Assembly (NCBI RefSeq): GCF_018977255.1
Contig: NW_024704743.1
Span: 111,974,001-112,038,000 of the forward strand
Direction: 5' to 3'
DNA: 64,000 nucleotides
From: Callorhinchus milii
Lineage: Eukaryota
This document shows positions 50,399 to 64,000 of this stretch, one piece after another. The notes under the pieces are model-generated. The model saw only the letters and a program-made list of their open reading frames with translations, was not told the origin of the DNA and did not search any database. The first letter of the stretch is position 1. Each line of letters opens with the position of its first letter. The position numbers and the translations under genes were made by a program.

Positions 50399-50855
50399 TG
50401 TGACAGCCTGACTCAGTTGGTAACACTCTTGTCTCTGGTCAGAAACCCACTTGTCAGGGTTTAAGCCCCACATCGGGATTTGAACTTACAGTCTAGGCTG
50501 ACACTGCAATACAGTGTTGGGGTTTGCTGCATTGCAAGAGATGAGATGTTAAGTCTTTTGGATGAGATGTTAAACTGAGGTCTTGTCTACCTGTTCAGGT
50601 AGACATTAAAGATCTCACTGCACTTTTCAAAAAGAGAAGGGAGTTTTTCCCAGTATCCTGGCCAACAAACCCCTAACTAAAATTGCTCTTTTACTTCATT
50701 GCTGTTCAATGGACATTGCTGTGTGCAAATTGGCTGCCACATTTTCTTGCGAAATATAGTTACAACACTTTACAGTAATTCCTGTGAAGCGCTTTAAGAA
50801 GTCCACTTGGCATGAAAGGTGATACATCAACTACAAGAATTATTATTGCTATTAT
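50399..50855 (+). mobile_element. Full-length DeuSINE-like SINE
   Basis: Head, Deu domain with a small internal duplication of gatgagatgttaa, and tail. Confidence 0.85.
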
Positions 50856-50964
50856 TTTTCTTTCCTCCCCTCCCCGCCCACCCACCCCCACCCCACACCC
50901 CCTCCAGCAGGTCCATGGAAGTGTCTATAGAAGAGGCAAACTGTGGTCTTGCCAGATTCACATC

Positions 50965-51210
50965 ATACAGCACATAGCAATTCAGGGACAAGAAAAAACA
51001 TTTGACCCATCAAGGCCTCTCCGCCATTTCATTTGAAAGAGCATTTCTCTGCCTCGTCTTGTCACATTCTTTAAATAGAATATTATTTTTCCAAGTATCT
51101 ATCCATTTTGTGAATGCTTCAGTCCATTTCTCTTTCTAGGGCAGTGCGTTCCATCTTTTCTCTTCTGTGAGAAGATATTCATCCTTGCCTCAGTCCTCAC
51201 CAGTATTGAG
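50965..51210 (-). mobile_element. CR1-like 3' end, degraded
   Basis: tctagggcagtgcgttcca is the antisense of a WNALP motif. Confidence 0.45.
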
Positions 51211-52429
51211 CTAATAAGATAGTATGTTTCCCGTCTCTTTTTGATCTTTAACGTCTACATGAAAAGGCAGACAGTACCTCAGTTTAATGTTTTAAACTGA
51301 GTTTAATGTCCTCCAAACATGAAAGGCCCTATACAAATGAAATTTGTTGGTGTTGTTTTATCCGACAGGACAGCTTCTCCGATAATTTAATAGTTAACAG
51401 TAAGTTACAAAGCTTCCACAGTCATAAAATAAGATAAAATGTGCATGCAAAATGCATCTTGAACAGCACACTTGATTTTTTTGGCATTGTACATCCTCAT
51501 AGTGCAGAGATAACAGATGACAGGGCAATTGTGGAGATGGGAGCAGAAAGATACGTATACAGATGGAAAATTGCAGGATTGAAACTGAAGCTGTTTGTAT
51601 AAATTAAAATGAATCCCATAACGTTGCAATATTAAGCACACTCCTAAACATTTTTCATTTGTCGCAAGTGGTTTCCCTGAATATATCATTTTGAAGTTTC
51701 CACATCAGTACTGCATTTGAAGTCTGCATGTTCCTTTTCTACCTGATGCTTACTTTCCTAAGTGGCACCTCATATTTGGATGTAGTTTTTCATCATGTGA
51801 CAGTAGAAGATGTTCGACAGGCTTGTAATTCTAGTCAGCATTATCATAAGGTCAACTGACAAGGGAAAAAAAAGCTTCTGTTGCAAAATAATGTAATACA
51901 TTGTCTTTCACTGGGTTACAGCACTTCTGCAAACATTATAGAATCTTAATGCTTCACTCAAGTTTAGTGAATTTATGAAGATTGAACAGCCACAGTGCAG
52001 CTTGCAAGTGTTCTGTACTATCTACCAATGTACAAAACTGACATTTTTAGTGGCAACGAGCTACATTTTAAACCTCACAAAGAACGTGCTCCACGGAAAA
52101 TCTGTATATTAATTATTAACGTCGCAAATGCTGTGAGCGATTGCTGTTTGCTTCTTTTCCTGTTCTTCCCGGCATGCTCTTGACTGTGTAAATGGAATTT
52201 AAGAGAAGTGCCATTTAAAATAACCAAACTATTTCCCGGAGAGAAATGCGTCTGAATTGCTGAGACCTTCACCAGCCAGCTTCTGGGTGCTTGGAATCCA
52301 ATTGCTTTATTTTGCTTCTTCTGAAAGGTTCATATCCGCTTTGAGTCATCAGAAGCTTGATGATGCCAATAGGATGTTGCATGAGAATAAAGTTTCCCGT
52401 TTTATCGAGGATTTGGAAGGTTCGGCTGT

Positions 52430-52625
52430 AAGACCTCTTTCAGATCCCAGTTTCCCAGCCAACAATTGGTTATTCACTCCATAGCGGATTGTGGGACATT
52501 GCGGTGGGAATTTGGTTGCCACTTTCGCCCATAAAATGCAGAGTAGCGTTACAATGGATCCTGTGAAGCGCTTTGAGATGTTCTCCCGACTTGAAAGGAT
52601 CATTGCATCAAATGCAGGGATTATT
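52430..52625 (+). mobile_element. SINE 3' fragment
   Basis: tgtgggacattgcg..gtgaagcgctttgagatgttctcccgac. Confidence 0.7.
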
Positions 52626-55600
52626 TAAAATTTTATCTGCAACACCATTTTAAAAGCTGGTTGCAACAATCAAGAATTAAGTGAAAAAGAAGGTGCTGAG
52701 TTTATACAGCTGCATTTTGAGAACCTAACCCAGTGTGTTTTACCATTTGTGCACTGGATGGGATGTCAGTTCAAGCAATAAAGACTGACTGACCACAAGA
52801 CTCGCAGTGGCTCTGTTTCCATTCAAGAAGCAATTCATTCTGTACAGACAGGAGGAGTGAACTTGGACTAAGAAGACACATGCAATCTGCACTCTTTGAA
52901 CGGTTAACGTGTGATCCAATGACTAGAAACACACACAAGCACATCTTTAGAAGACTGTGCTCTAATCTGATGAAGAATATAACGAATCATTACAAATTAT
53001 GATAAATACAAGTTCAACAGTGATAAATAATGGGGGGCAACCTTGAGGAGTGTCACCAATTGAATATAATTTTTGCTATAAATATATTTATTCCAATATA
53101 TTCACAGAACAAACCAAATACTTAACCTGCAGTTGCAGATTTTCTGTGTAAAAGTTATGGCTTTGAGTCACAAAAAGGTGCAAATGAAGGGCCAGCAATG
53201 TAGAATAACAGCCTGTCCACAGTGATTGCCTCTCTACAGCCTGAACAATACCACAACAGAAGCCTGCACTAACCTGCTAACAAAACTCACTGGCTAATGC
53301 CATTGCCATTTTTTTTTGGTCAGCTGGGTGTCTGACACATGCGGAAACCCATCACCACGCTTACAAATATTCAAACCAGACTGAGAATTCCACATACGCA
53401 CCTTACCTACACATGGATGTTTCCCTGCAATGGAATGGAATGCGCACTTTCTCCCCAGAAGCACACCCCCTACTTACCTAATATCGGAAGGTATTAGGTG
53501 CAGGTTGGCAGAGCCATTGAAATGACAATGTGGTTTAGCCCTACACAATTTAGGCATCTCATGGAACGCCACTTGTTCTGCTTGTTGTGGAATGTTAGGC
53601 ACATTCCCAGTTCTATTAAACAAACTACAAAGTACCGACCTTGATTTAAAATTGGGAAGCATTGTAGAACATTCTGTACATTTATAAATACACACTAGCA
53701 TGTTAGAGCATTGTGTCAGCTCAGGATGAGGCACATCTCATTTATTTATATTCTAAGCGGTCCTCATACCCACATGACCCAGCTTTGCAAATAATACCAT
53801 CCTCAGCCAGAGTTAGAAGGCCGCTTGTCTATCAAGAGTGCACAAAATTAAATCAAGAGTGGAACTCATTGACAGCTTTCGGTATTACTTTTAACTTATT
53901 AATATCGTGCCCAATTTAGCAACCACACACACGCTTAGTGCACGGATGCTGTGAATTTTTTTTAAAATCTGCGTTCATTTCAGACTTCCCTTCCTCGTGG
54001 TCGATGCTAAACGGATTATGATTCGAAATGTAATTTGAATTCCTAATTTGTGTTTGGATAAATGTCAGTAATTGGCCGTGTTTCACAGCGCTATTAAGAG
54101 CGAAAAAAAATTAAATTTACAAAAAAAAGCGCACGCAAACGGGTGGGGGAGGTGGGTTACAGTGTTCTCTGCTGTCGCTTTGTGTTGCAGTTTGAATTAA
54201 ATCGATTCTTCTGGTTACGAAAAGAATGGAATGGCCTCTAGATGACTTGCTCTTTGTGTAGTAAAAATCGTCCACGTCTGATTTTGTTAATTTACTGCTC
54301 TCGCTGCACTTTGTGTGGGGAGTAACATACCACGCACAGCAAACTGCAAGACCGGCGCGGAGCACGTTTCTTTTTTAAATGGAACAATGAAACATTTGCT
54401 TCTTTTGAAAACATATCACTGCATTAATGTTATAAGCACGGAAGGAGTTAAAATGTTATTACATTCCCTGTGCACTCGGCCTTACATAAAAGAGGTGCTT
54501 TGCATACTAAAAGCATCGCAGTCTACATCGCTGATTAGAATATTCTGCTTTTATAGTTCTAAATCCATACCTCATTTTTTTCTCTTTCTCTTTCTCGAAA
54601 TAATACGCCTGTAATTATAGATCTCATCAGCTGACAATTTCTTCAGCACTGAAGATATCTCAAAGCGCTTAATGGCAAAATTTGTGGCAATCAATTCTTA
54701 TCTTGCATTTAAAAAAAACGTAGATGAAATAGAGGAACAAAAAGGCTGGCAGGATTTAAATATTTAAACATATACAGTATCAAGCCACTTACATATTACA
54801 TTCAGCATATTTACTTAACACTTGAAATACAAGCTAAGATATAATGTGCAATTACAAACAGAGATTATACACGTCAGATGGTATGGCAGAGTATGTACGT
54901 AGCATATGATGAGAACAAAAATACCTCCCTGGTACACAAATAAACCGCAAAGCAGTTTTGATGAATTGGAAGATTTTAAAACCTCAAACAGGCGTTATAA
55001 TCCATAAGCCATATTTCAAGGTCCGCTTCTTGTTCCATAAAGAGGACACTTTTGCGTCTGTTACACTATTCAAAAAACCGACCATAAAATTGAGGGCAGT
55101 TATAATTAGATCCACTTTCACATTCACAAGTAAAACTGTTGTTTGCCTGCCGCTTTGATTAAAGCAAGCATTGTCTTCCAACAGCTAGCATTAATTCTTC
55201 CAAGATGATTTTCTGATGAGGCGTTAGTTTATTCCAGACTGCTGTTTGTTGTCTAATTTACGCCAGGTCCCCGCTGTGCTCTGCTTAAACCAAGCTCTTT
55301 GTCTTGCCTTTGAAATTTACCAAAACTTACAAGAAATCAATACTTAATTGATTATTCACTTTTCTGCAGCTTCAAACAGCAAGCATGCATAAGATCCTGG
55401 AGTAGTCGCCCTATTTTCAAGGCAGGAGGTTGCTTGGTGGCAGTTATCTACAAGCGTTTGACTGTAGGCACCCCCACGAGCTGTGCTGTGGTATGCAGTG
55501 CCAGTATCCGATACGGATAACGAAGATGGTCTCTAACGAAGCAGAGGAAGTCACCACGTGAGTTAAATCCCTTTCACTGCTTTAAATGAATGCTGACATA

Positions 55601-55802
55601 GTGGGTATCAGAAACAAGAAAACCATGCTCTTACAGTCATCCCTCTGCTTTCATTCACGCTTTCCTTTTCCCATGGCATAGACCAATATGCACCAGACTG
55701 AAGGAAAATTCGCCTCGGAACGGGGACGAGAGTTGTGTTGTACCTCTGACATGGAATAAGGATGGCAAGCACGTAACATTACGAAATCTAGGGCAAATGC
55801 GA

Positions 55803-55823
55803 GCGAGAGAGAGAGAGAGAGAG
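55803..55823. repeat. (GA)n microsatellite
   Basis: gagagagagagagagagag. Confidence 0.8.
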
Positions 55824-57328
55824 ACAGATGGCGGATCTGGCCAGAAGCCAAAGCCAGTGAAATGAATTACATTGCTGAATAACTGTACACCATTGATTCT
55901 GCCACTTGTTGCTGCATGGCAAGAGGGGCCCTGATGTTGGCAGGAATCTCCTTACGTGTCATGTAATGCCTCAGACAACTTTTCACACATAACTCACAAC
56001 ACTGACACTGACATGCTGCAACAGACGAAGCCTTGTGCAAGAGGAAGGAAGAGAACACAATCGCTGTGATCTGGCCATTTTGCTTAATGAAGATTGGAAT
56101 GCTGGCACTCACAGCTGTAGCTTTCTGTGCCACATATTAATGTTTGCTGAGTGCGGAATGACAATCTCTCCCACAGCGTGTGGTACAAAAACGCAACTCT
56201 CCACAGAGCTGCCACTGTGGGATGAAGATTTCACGTATCGTTCCTAAACCTATAAACGTGGCTTCCCGGATTCCAAAGGAGGATATCTGCCGTCTGACAG
56301 AAAGGCAAGCGAGTCCCAGGGCTGCAGTGTTTGGGTGGTTTCCGAAAGCTAGGCACAGTCGCGGCAGATTGTTAATAAATGCTCCATACCCTGGATGAAG
56401 CTAGACATTATGTGATGCCCAGGGGGCTTTGGAAATCAAATACAATGTTTGAAGTAGCACAATTTGAGGTACATTATAAAAAAGCAATTTGAATTTCCAA
56501 TGAGGCGATGCATATCTGCATGCTAATTAGACCTGTGTCAAGCCCAGTCTGCGTTCTGCTGTTGATGGCTAGGAATGTGCTTGTAAGCTCTGCTGGGAGA
56601 CTGTTTTCTGCATAAATTATCAGCTTTGTTCTATAGCTTATTTTTTTCCCCCGCAAACAAACATGAAATGTAAGGATCAAAAGACACTTCAGAAATTAAA
56701 ATTATTGATCTGTAAAGCTTAGATTTGAGATTCTAATTAAAGGTGGCATGGAAATGAGATCAGATTTAGCAGATTGCATGTGAGACAGCAGCCCAGATGT
56801 GTGCGAGACAGTTAACATTTTACCTTTGTTTATGCTGCCGAGGTATTAAACACTAATTCTGAGAGGAGGAGTGGGGGGGTTGGGGGAAGAATATTTAATC
56901 AGAAAAAGCCACCTAGTGGCATAAAGGTTACTTATGACGGCATTAAAAAGAAATGACAATTCTGTTGTAAATAAAAATTCCTTTAACATTATACCAGCTT
57001 TCCATACAAAACCAGTCCTGCAATATATCTTTCTGTAATATATTAGCTTTCATGTTCCATCCCCACCCCCCAAGAATAAACAACATCACTTAGTTTTCAC
57101 ATTTACACTTCAAAGCCTTTTCGCCTTGCATTCACAAAGATTAGGGTGGTTAGGTATTGCATTTCAAACATATTTCCATCACATTCCTGAAGAGTTAACA
57201 TATACAAATCTTCAATGTACAAAATCTCTTCATCTCAGAATAAACCAGACGGATCATCTTTTAAACACACGGAGAAGGTACCCATTTATTTTACTATTCA
57301 TTTTGATGCAAAAAAGAAAAGTGCATGT

Positions 57329-57359
57329 CTATATATATATATCTATATCTATATATATA
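57329..57359. repeat. (TA)n-rich microsatellite
   Basis: ctatatatatatatctatatctatatatata. Confidence 0.8.
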
Positions 57360-58834
57360 GCGCACAGTGTACAAAGAGAACGCTGATTAAACATGCGCAT
57401 AGTGAGTCTTGCTCGGTTTAGCTTTATTTTGTGCTTCTGTGTTTCTCCGTGCAAAGCTCGGACGAAGCCTGTAATTAATTCAGCGGAGCTTTGTACTCTA
57501 TTTGCTGGCCAAAATTACGCTATTAAGCAAAGGCGTTGATCTCAAGTAGGGCTTATGTTACGAAAAAAAAGCAGGGAAACCGGGGGTGGAGTTTGGGGGG
57601 GAGGTGTGTTGGAATAGAAGAAAACAGAAAAGCAATGCAATCAAAGAAAGGAAGAAAATAACTATCGTGTATGAAATGGCACATTTTTTACAAAAAGATG
57701 CTAGGCACAGAATGCTTCGCAGAAATTCCGCAAAACAGATCCAAAGGGAATTGGCAGTGATATATCACAAGGCTAAATTTAGGAACTTCCCACCGAGGCG
57801 AGGTAGGAAAGGGCCATGGTGTAATTTGATTGTTAAATTCAGATAAACTGTTGACTGGCCTCCGAGATTAAGCATCATTGGCAGCCATTTTCTGGCACTG
57901 TGTCAATTGTTACGGCATTAAATGCGTAGTGTCACTAGTCTCATTTCCACACCCCACCCCCCCGCCCCACCCCCTTCCTACTTTTTCCTTCTCAAATTTG
58001 CAATGTTTTGTTGTTTTTTTCTCATACCTCCCCTCCCCTTTAATGACTGAGCCTGCCTCAAAACCACAGTATTCCCCCCACCCCTCCTTCACCTCACCTC
58101 CACTTCCCCCCCAGCTGTGATATCTACAAATTGACTCAAAATTCAGTTGGTAGAGACCAGCAACCGATGTCAGTCAGTCTGCTTTATTCCAAAATTATGT
58201 AAAATGCTTCCACTCCCAGTTATCGACTGTGCCGTCTTTTCGTCTGCTCAAGAAATGGCTTCGTAATTCTAGCAAGTTATTGATGGCTGTCAAATAAACA
58301 GGGGTTCATTAATCAGAGTAAGTTTTATAATTTAGCGTCAAGGGGTTGTGTGGTGGAAAACATGTAACAGTTCAAAGATTTTTAAATATACACCGTTCAG
58401 TCGCGTTTCACTCCCTCCCACCCCCTCTTCTCCCCCCACTCCTACCGTCGATCCTAATCACAGAATTGTGTTCCGGCCAGATGTAGAAACAGTCAGGGGA
58501 ATTTTCAGACTGTATTTAAATTTATGTAGATCTCCTGGACTGGGATAAATATAGGCTAAGGTGTTCAGGCTACTTTGAACTATTAGAGACTCAAATTGCT
58601 CTGCCTGCCCACTGGGCCTTTATCGACACAAGGAAATTGATCCACAAATCGTAACAGGTACACAGTGGTGCACAAAGTTAAACAAAATAATAGAAGGACT
58701 ATGTTTGCATTCTCAAACAGCAACATCAGTACCCAGTTTGCTCAAAAAGGGACAAAGTCTACCCAGGATTTTTCTTTCGGTCAGTCGAGTGTCTAACATA
58801 GCCAGAAACCCATCATCGTGCATAAGAGCATACT

Positions 58835-58908
58835 TTGCCTCATGTTGAGTATAAGCACCGGCATGGACTGGTTGGGCTGAATGCGTCCTGTGCAACCTAT
58901 GTAAATTT
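58835..58908 (+). mobile_element. CR1 3' tail
   Basis: ataagcaccggcatggactggttgggctgaatg..cctgtgc is antisense-similar to 59360-59420. Confidence 0.7.
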
Positions 58909-59267
58909 TCGTAAACTTGACTGAGAGTTCCATGTGTACCGCCTGCACATGGGAATTCTTTTCGGGATGTTGCACCCGTTTGCTTTCAGAGGAGCCATGT
59001 ATGTGAACTTCAATAAGGAATGGTCCCGTGCCTTTGGCTTCGGATGAGAAAGCACAACCAACAGGCTGCACCAGATATGGACAAATACTAGCAGAGACAG
59101 AACAGAACAAACTAACTTGGTTGTAGTCATCCACATCCAAATCTCTCTATTCCTTGGTTGGAGGCCTGTCTCCATCGAAATGTGTGATAGTAGAATTATA
59201 GTTTGAGGATGTTTGTGTGGTTTGCTTGGTCTCTGATGCTATAGTCATCTCGGTCCCATGAAATCTG

Positions 59268-59742
59268 AATAACAATGCTTATATTTGACATAGTTCCTCA
59301 TCGTATCTCAAAGTGCTTCACAAGATTTACTGGAAAGACTTACATAGAATTACATAGAATATGCAGTACAGAAACAGACTATTTGGCCCAACTGGTCTAT
59401 GCCGGTGTTTATGCTCCACATGAGCCTCCTCCTGCCCTTCCTCGACTAAGCCTATCAGCATAACCTTCTATTCCTTTCTCCCTCATGTACTTATCTAGCT
59501 TCCCTTAAATGCATCAGTGCTACTTGCCTCAACTACTCCTTATAGTAGCAAGTTCCACATTCCCTTCACACTTTGGGTAAAGGAGTTTCTTCTGACTTCC
59601 CTATTTGATTTATTAATGACTATTTTATATTGATGCCCCATGGTAGCCAAGTTGTGTACAGCAATGTCCCACAAATATTGAGGCTTGAACCCACAACCTT
59701 CTGACTCAGAGGCGAGTGTGCTAACAACTGAACCAGGCTGAA
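59268..59742 (-). mobile_element. DeuSINE-like SINE split by CR1 (59268-59338 and 59641-59742)
   Basis: SINE tail left of the CR1; gccaagttgtgtacagcaatgtcccac and the head to its right. Confidence 0.65.
59340..59640 (-). mobile_element. CR1 LINE 3' end, well preserved
   Basis: GHQYKIVINKSNREVRRNSFTQSVKGMWNLL*GVVEASSTDAFKG, then a 3' UTR ending attctatgtaattctatgt. Confidence 0.9.
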
Positions 59743-59744
59743 GT

Positions 59745-60310
59745 AAAGTCATTAAAGGGTATGGAGAAAAGATGAGGAAACGGAATTAGAAAATCTGCCA
59801 TAATCTAATAAACTGGCATAAAAGGTTCAATGGTCTGTATAGCCTCCTCATATTCCTATGATCCAAAGCTTTTTCCTTAGTACCAGTCTATTTTAAATTT
59901 GAATTCATAAATTCAATGGAGGCTCAAGAACCATAAAGCTCATCAGTAGAGTTCAGATGAAGCAGGTCCTTCAGCTCATTTAACCTCACCTTCTTAGAAC
60001 ACACAGGCTACTGTCCTCCCATTACAGCATCCAGCTATTTTCCAAATGAGTCTCACTATCCTGGTCTCAACAACCTTTCCTGGTAACTGGTTCCAGGCAT
60101 GAAGTAACCTCTGGGCAAAGAAACCATCTGAGTTTGTGGGTTGGAACCAATTGGGGAATGAAAAGTAAAAGATTCACAACGCATTGAAGAACTATTAATT
60201 GTGTTATTGAAAGATCGCATTTTCTCATCTAGTTTTACATTTAAAGCTGGTACTAAGCTTCTGAACACCATCATCTTGGATTCTTGCTTAGCCATCCCAA
60301 CTATTATCCC
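59745..60310. mobile_element. Degraded CR1-like pieces
   Basis: Plus-strand tail at ~59750-59860 (aaagggtatggaga..tcctatg) and an antisense piece at ~59930-60310. Confidence 0.45.
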
Positions 60311-61473
60311 CAGAGCTGGTATTTCCGTGCTGCTTCACAGGTTGCTGTTTTGAGTTAACTCACAAAGTTGTGTTGCAGCACAAAATTAATTTGAACTCTA
60401 TCTCACACTTACAACTGCCGGAGTTTTGCGTTAATTCAAATGTTTCTCATCCCGAGAGCATAACTCTGGCTCTGCAGTTAAGGAGGCCCTTAGAGTCTAA
60501 GTGTGTGTGTTTATTTCACAGGATATTTTGGAAAACGAATGACGAATGCTTCATTCTGAAAAGACAAGAGGCTCTAAAAAGACCAACGTCACTTTTAGAC
60601 ATCAATGTCTAACCTACTTTGATCACTAAAAAAAAGCAATGTTGACATTGGTCTTTTTCAGGAGAAATGCCATCATAAAATGTAAAGAAAGTGTTATTCC
60701 TTTTAGATATCAATGCCCAATCAACCCAAACACTGCTGTAATTTGATCTGGTTTCAAACAGTCAACCACTGAAGTAATAGTAAATGTGAACCCACTTCAG
60801 GTGGAGGGTCTGATCACCAGAACTTGGTGAACTCTTGGGGCAGACACATGTCTCAATAGAAAGATGTACTGCAAATGCTTCTGTCTACCAAAATCCTTTG
60901 TGTGCCTCAGAGAAACTCACTTCCTTGAGGTTCATAAAGCAAAATAAAAGATCCTGTGGAAGGATGAATAAAAATGGAAGAGATGTAGGAGACAGGTATT
61001 TGTGATTTTTATTTTCATGCTGGAAATATATCACTCTTTGTCTCACCTCAGGTTCTGAGATGTCTGTTTCTAAGAAGCTAGCTGTTCTCTTGTGTTGTAC
61101 AAGTACCCTTGTTGGTTAGATCTTCACAAAATAATCAGTCAGTCTTGCCACTTGCTGTCTGAACAGAATTCTCTCCCAGCATTGCCTCTAGAATCACAGT
61201 CCTCTGGGATAGATTCAGTCAGCTGGACTAGTCTGACCCTTTTGTGTTCATTAGAGGTTTGTGATACTAGCCTGAAGCATGAATACTGAGGCTTGATTCT
61301 CTGGCAGTCGAAGAGGATTGCAGGTTGGGCCTAAACATTTTTCACTCTTCCAGGAGAAGGTGATCGTAAAAGTGATGAGTAAAGTTCAGGCTGCTGACTT
61401 TGGGGCCATGAAAAGATCAGATAAATGATGGTGATGGTGAGTAGTGGGAGATGAATATAGGCACATATCTGTA

Positions 61474-61793
61474 AATAATAATAATAATAACAATCCTTGC
61501 ATTTGATGTAGCGCTTTTCACGTCTTCTCGACGTCTCAAAGCGCTTCACAAAATAGACTTTAAAGTGAATTGACTGTATATTTGTGGGCAAAATGCGGAA
61601 GCCAATTGCGCACAGCAGTGTCCCACAAACAGTCGTGGATTGAAAATGATCAATTTATTATTTTTGGTTTTGGAGGGATTATTATTAGGCGTGTGGAGTA
61701 ACGAAACTTGCCCAAGGTTTCGCCCTGCCTGGAATTGAACCCAGGTGTCTCGCTTGCAAGGCGAGTGGTCTAACCACTGAGCTACAGGACTCC
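61474..61793 (-). mobile_element. Young full-length tRNA-Ala(TGC)-derived SINE
   Basis: Near-identical to the 27642 and 47186 copies. Confidence 0.95.
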
Positions 61794-62084
61794 ACGGACA
61801 ATTATCCCTGGACAATTATTTGGGAAACCAAATGTGCGTCAGCTCTGGGTCAGGAGTGAGGAGAGATGCTACCAATTGAGCCAGGCTGACACCTGGCACT
61901 TGAGAATTAAGGGTGTTAAGAGGTATTGAGAAAAGGTGGGGAAATAGGATTAAAAGATCTGCCGTGATTTAATAAACTGGCATTATATCAAATACAAAGA
62001 TTAGTTTAACCACAATTGCCAACAAGGTGAAAGTTGCCTTGCTGTCTTTCCAACTCAGGTTAATGATGGGAAAAAAAGTGAACT

Positions 62085-62215
62085 GGAGTGTTTGCAATAA
62101 CATATATGTTCGCCCACAAAACACACAATGTACTTTACAATATATTGTGTGAAGCACTTTGGGCCATCCTCCCGACATAAAATGTACAATGTTATACCAA
62201 ATGTAAGTATTATTC
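62085..62215 (+). mobile_element. SINE 3' fragment
   Basis: gttcgcccacaaaacac..gtgaagcactttgggccatcctcccgac. Confidence 0.65.
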
Positions 62216-63401
62216 TACAGTTGGACAATTTTTAAAATGGATTCTTCTTTTTAGAATCGTGATGCTGAAAGAAAACATCATAAAGAACAATATGGCAAGG
62301 ACAAAGTTATTCGGTGGATGATATACGATTCATTTATTCCTGCAAAAGGAACCAAACGGGAATCTAAGATGTGCTGGGTGAACAGTTTGGAACTTGTCCA
62401 TTTTAATGTTGGAACACATTTGGAAGCTTTGTCTGTGTATTTATCTGCAGTAAGCTTAAGGATGTACAAATGAAGCTACATTACGATTGCCATCACTCCC
62501 CAACAGCCAGCTCTCGGGCATATGTTGCACAGATTGTGACATTTGGAAACTCTTGCTGTTTGTGGAAATGTCCAGCGATTAAATATTGGCCATTTCTCTT
62601 CAAATCTCTGAATCCCATTTGGCCCTGGAAAGGGTTCACTATCCACATGAGAGTGGGCAAAGTGATGTAATTTTGTCTAATCAGACACTATTCATTGTTG
62701 CTTTCTTTGAGACTGATAAACGCATTGGAAGAAAGTCAATCCCCAGAACTACACAATGGGATCTTGCATTGTATGGGTCAACATTACAATGCAATCTAGC
62801 AAATATTCTTCAAGGCTGAAGATGGACCTATTTAAATGAGTTCAGCCGTCACTGAAGGCATTTCTCAGGAGTATCCAGATAACATTTGACCTCTCAAAGA
62901 CTGAGCGAAATTCACGTAAGGGTGACTGACTTCTGTCAAGGGGTAATTGAATTCAGTAATAACGTGGGCGAGGAAGATTAGGGAGGATTATATTCACGTA
63001 CGTGGACTGTGCCTTGGGACAAAGGTGCTGGACCTCATTTAATACATTTTTACTTTATTGTTCTCAGATTGTACAGAGAGGATATCTGCTAGAATCTACT
63101 GGCGAGAGAAAAAAAACATAAGGCATCTCCTCATGTTGATGGGACCAGGAAACCTTGCATAAATTTGAACCTTTATGCAGCCTGTCTGTGTGTGTGTATA
63201 TATATAACATACATATATATAACATTATTTATGAATATGTATGCTGTCTAGTTTGATTTTCAACATTTTGTACAACTCTAATAGGATGCAAGCTTCATAC
63301 TGCAGATTCCCAATTCTCTAAAAGACTAATTATTGCACAGATCATTGCACAGTGGGCATGCATTTTTCAATGCCATCTTTTATTGTACTAATATGATCCC
63401 T

Positions 63402-63415
63402 GTTGCTATAGTAAC
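63402..63415. promoter_or_regulatory. RFX X-box-like palindrome
   Basis: GTTGCTATAGTAAC fits GTTRCYATRGYAAC. Confidence 0.4.
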
Positions 63416-64000
63416 AGTTTAAGCTATTGTAAGCTGTTACTATAATCTTGCTGCCTCCCCACAAGATGACATACCGTCTTAAATGCTGTTACAGTGGTAG
63501 CACACATTTGCAATGGGCACAGTTTGGATGTCTATTTAAGCAGCGTTAAACACAATGAATGCCTCTCTCCTCGAACGATTATTTTCAAATGACACTTCTT
63601 CTCAAAGAAGCTTTGCTTTTAAAAATTAAAATGATGATATCGCAGTATGAACATATGGATAGAAAATCATTTTTTGATAGTGTTTCTTTGCTACAAGCCA
63701 ATTTGTACAGCACATTTTTGAATGCAACTTAAGCACTTCAAAAAAACTGTGAATCCTTATGAACTGATGCCCTAATCAGCATACTCCCTAAGCTGCCTAG
63801 CAAATGATTAGATGTTTTTATCAGGCTTTGGCTGATTTTCACACCTTGGTTAGAATGTCACCTTGCACCTATATAAAGAGGATTATTTTATGCAATTATC
63901 TGTACATGTGTCTTCATCAGTCGTTTGGCATAATCATATCAAAGTATTCAGACTGCAATAAGAAAACATCAAGGCTATAGCACAAATATCATTAATTTAA

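Larger units (their letters stand above)
53900..58400. promoter_or_regulatory. CpG-retaining, TE-poor regulatory block with several CNE-like segments
   Basis: Visibly more CpG than the flanks, almost no repeats, and clustered TAAT/CTGTCA/TAAACA motifs. Confidence 0.45.

Noticed and set aside
58713..59175. Overlapping minus-strand ORFs of 60-115 aa
   Set aside because: They overlap a CR1 tail and show no recognisable domain.

Overview
Vertebrate nuclear DNA, most likely a cartilaginous fish (the SINE repertoire suggests a holocephalan such as the elephant shark; inference). I find no protein-coding gene, no intact RNA gene and nothing prokaryotic. The provided ORFs are chance ORFs or pieces of LINE ORF2. 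The window looks like a large intron or gene desert. It contains: (i) many DeuSINE-like tRNA-derived SINEs, plus a younger tRNA-Ala(TGC)-headed SINE family with the same 3' end; (ii) L2, CR1 and very old RTE-like LINE fragments, several nested in one another; (iii) repeat-poor blocks rich in homeodomain, PBX/MEIS and TCF motifs (about 7.1-7.3, 11.5-12.1, 31.0-31.4, 42.3-44.2, 45.4-45.6, 49.0-50.3 and 53.9-58.4 kb) that look like conserved non-coding enhancers. The most unusual local structures are a ~115-nt three-way-junction fold (9108-9222), a 1002-bp segment bounded by 43-bp near-perfect inverted repeats (9828-10829), and a 37-bp minisatellite derived from a CR1 RT motif whose inverted copy interrupts a SINE (13.5-14.2 kb). 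I cannot establish a new biological system from sequence alone. Boundaries of old repeats are approximate, and family names come from recalled motifs, not from a database search.
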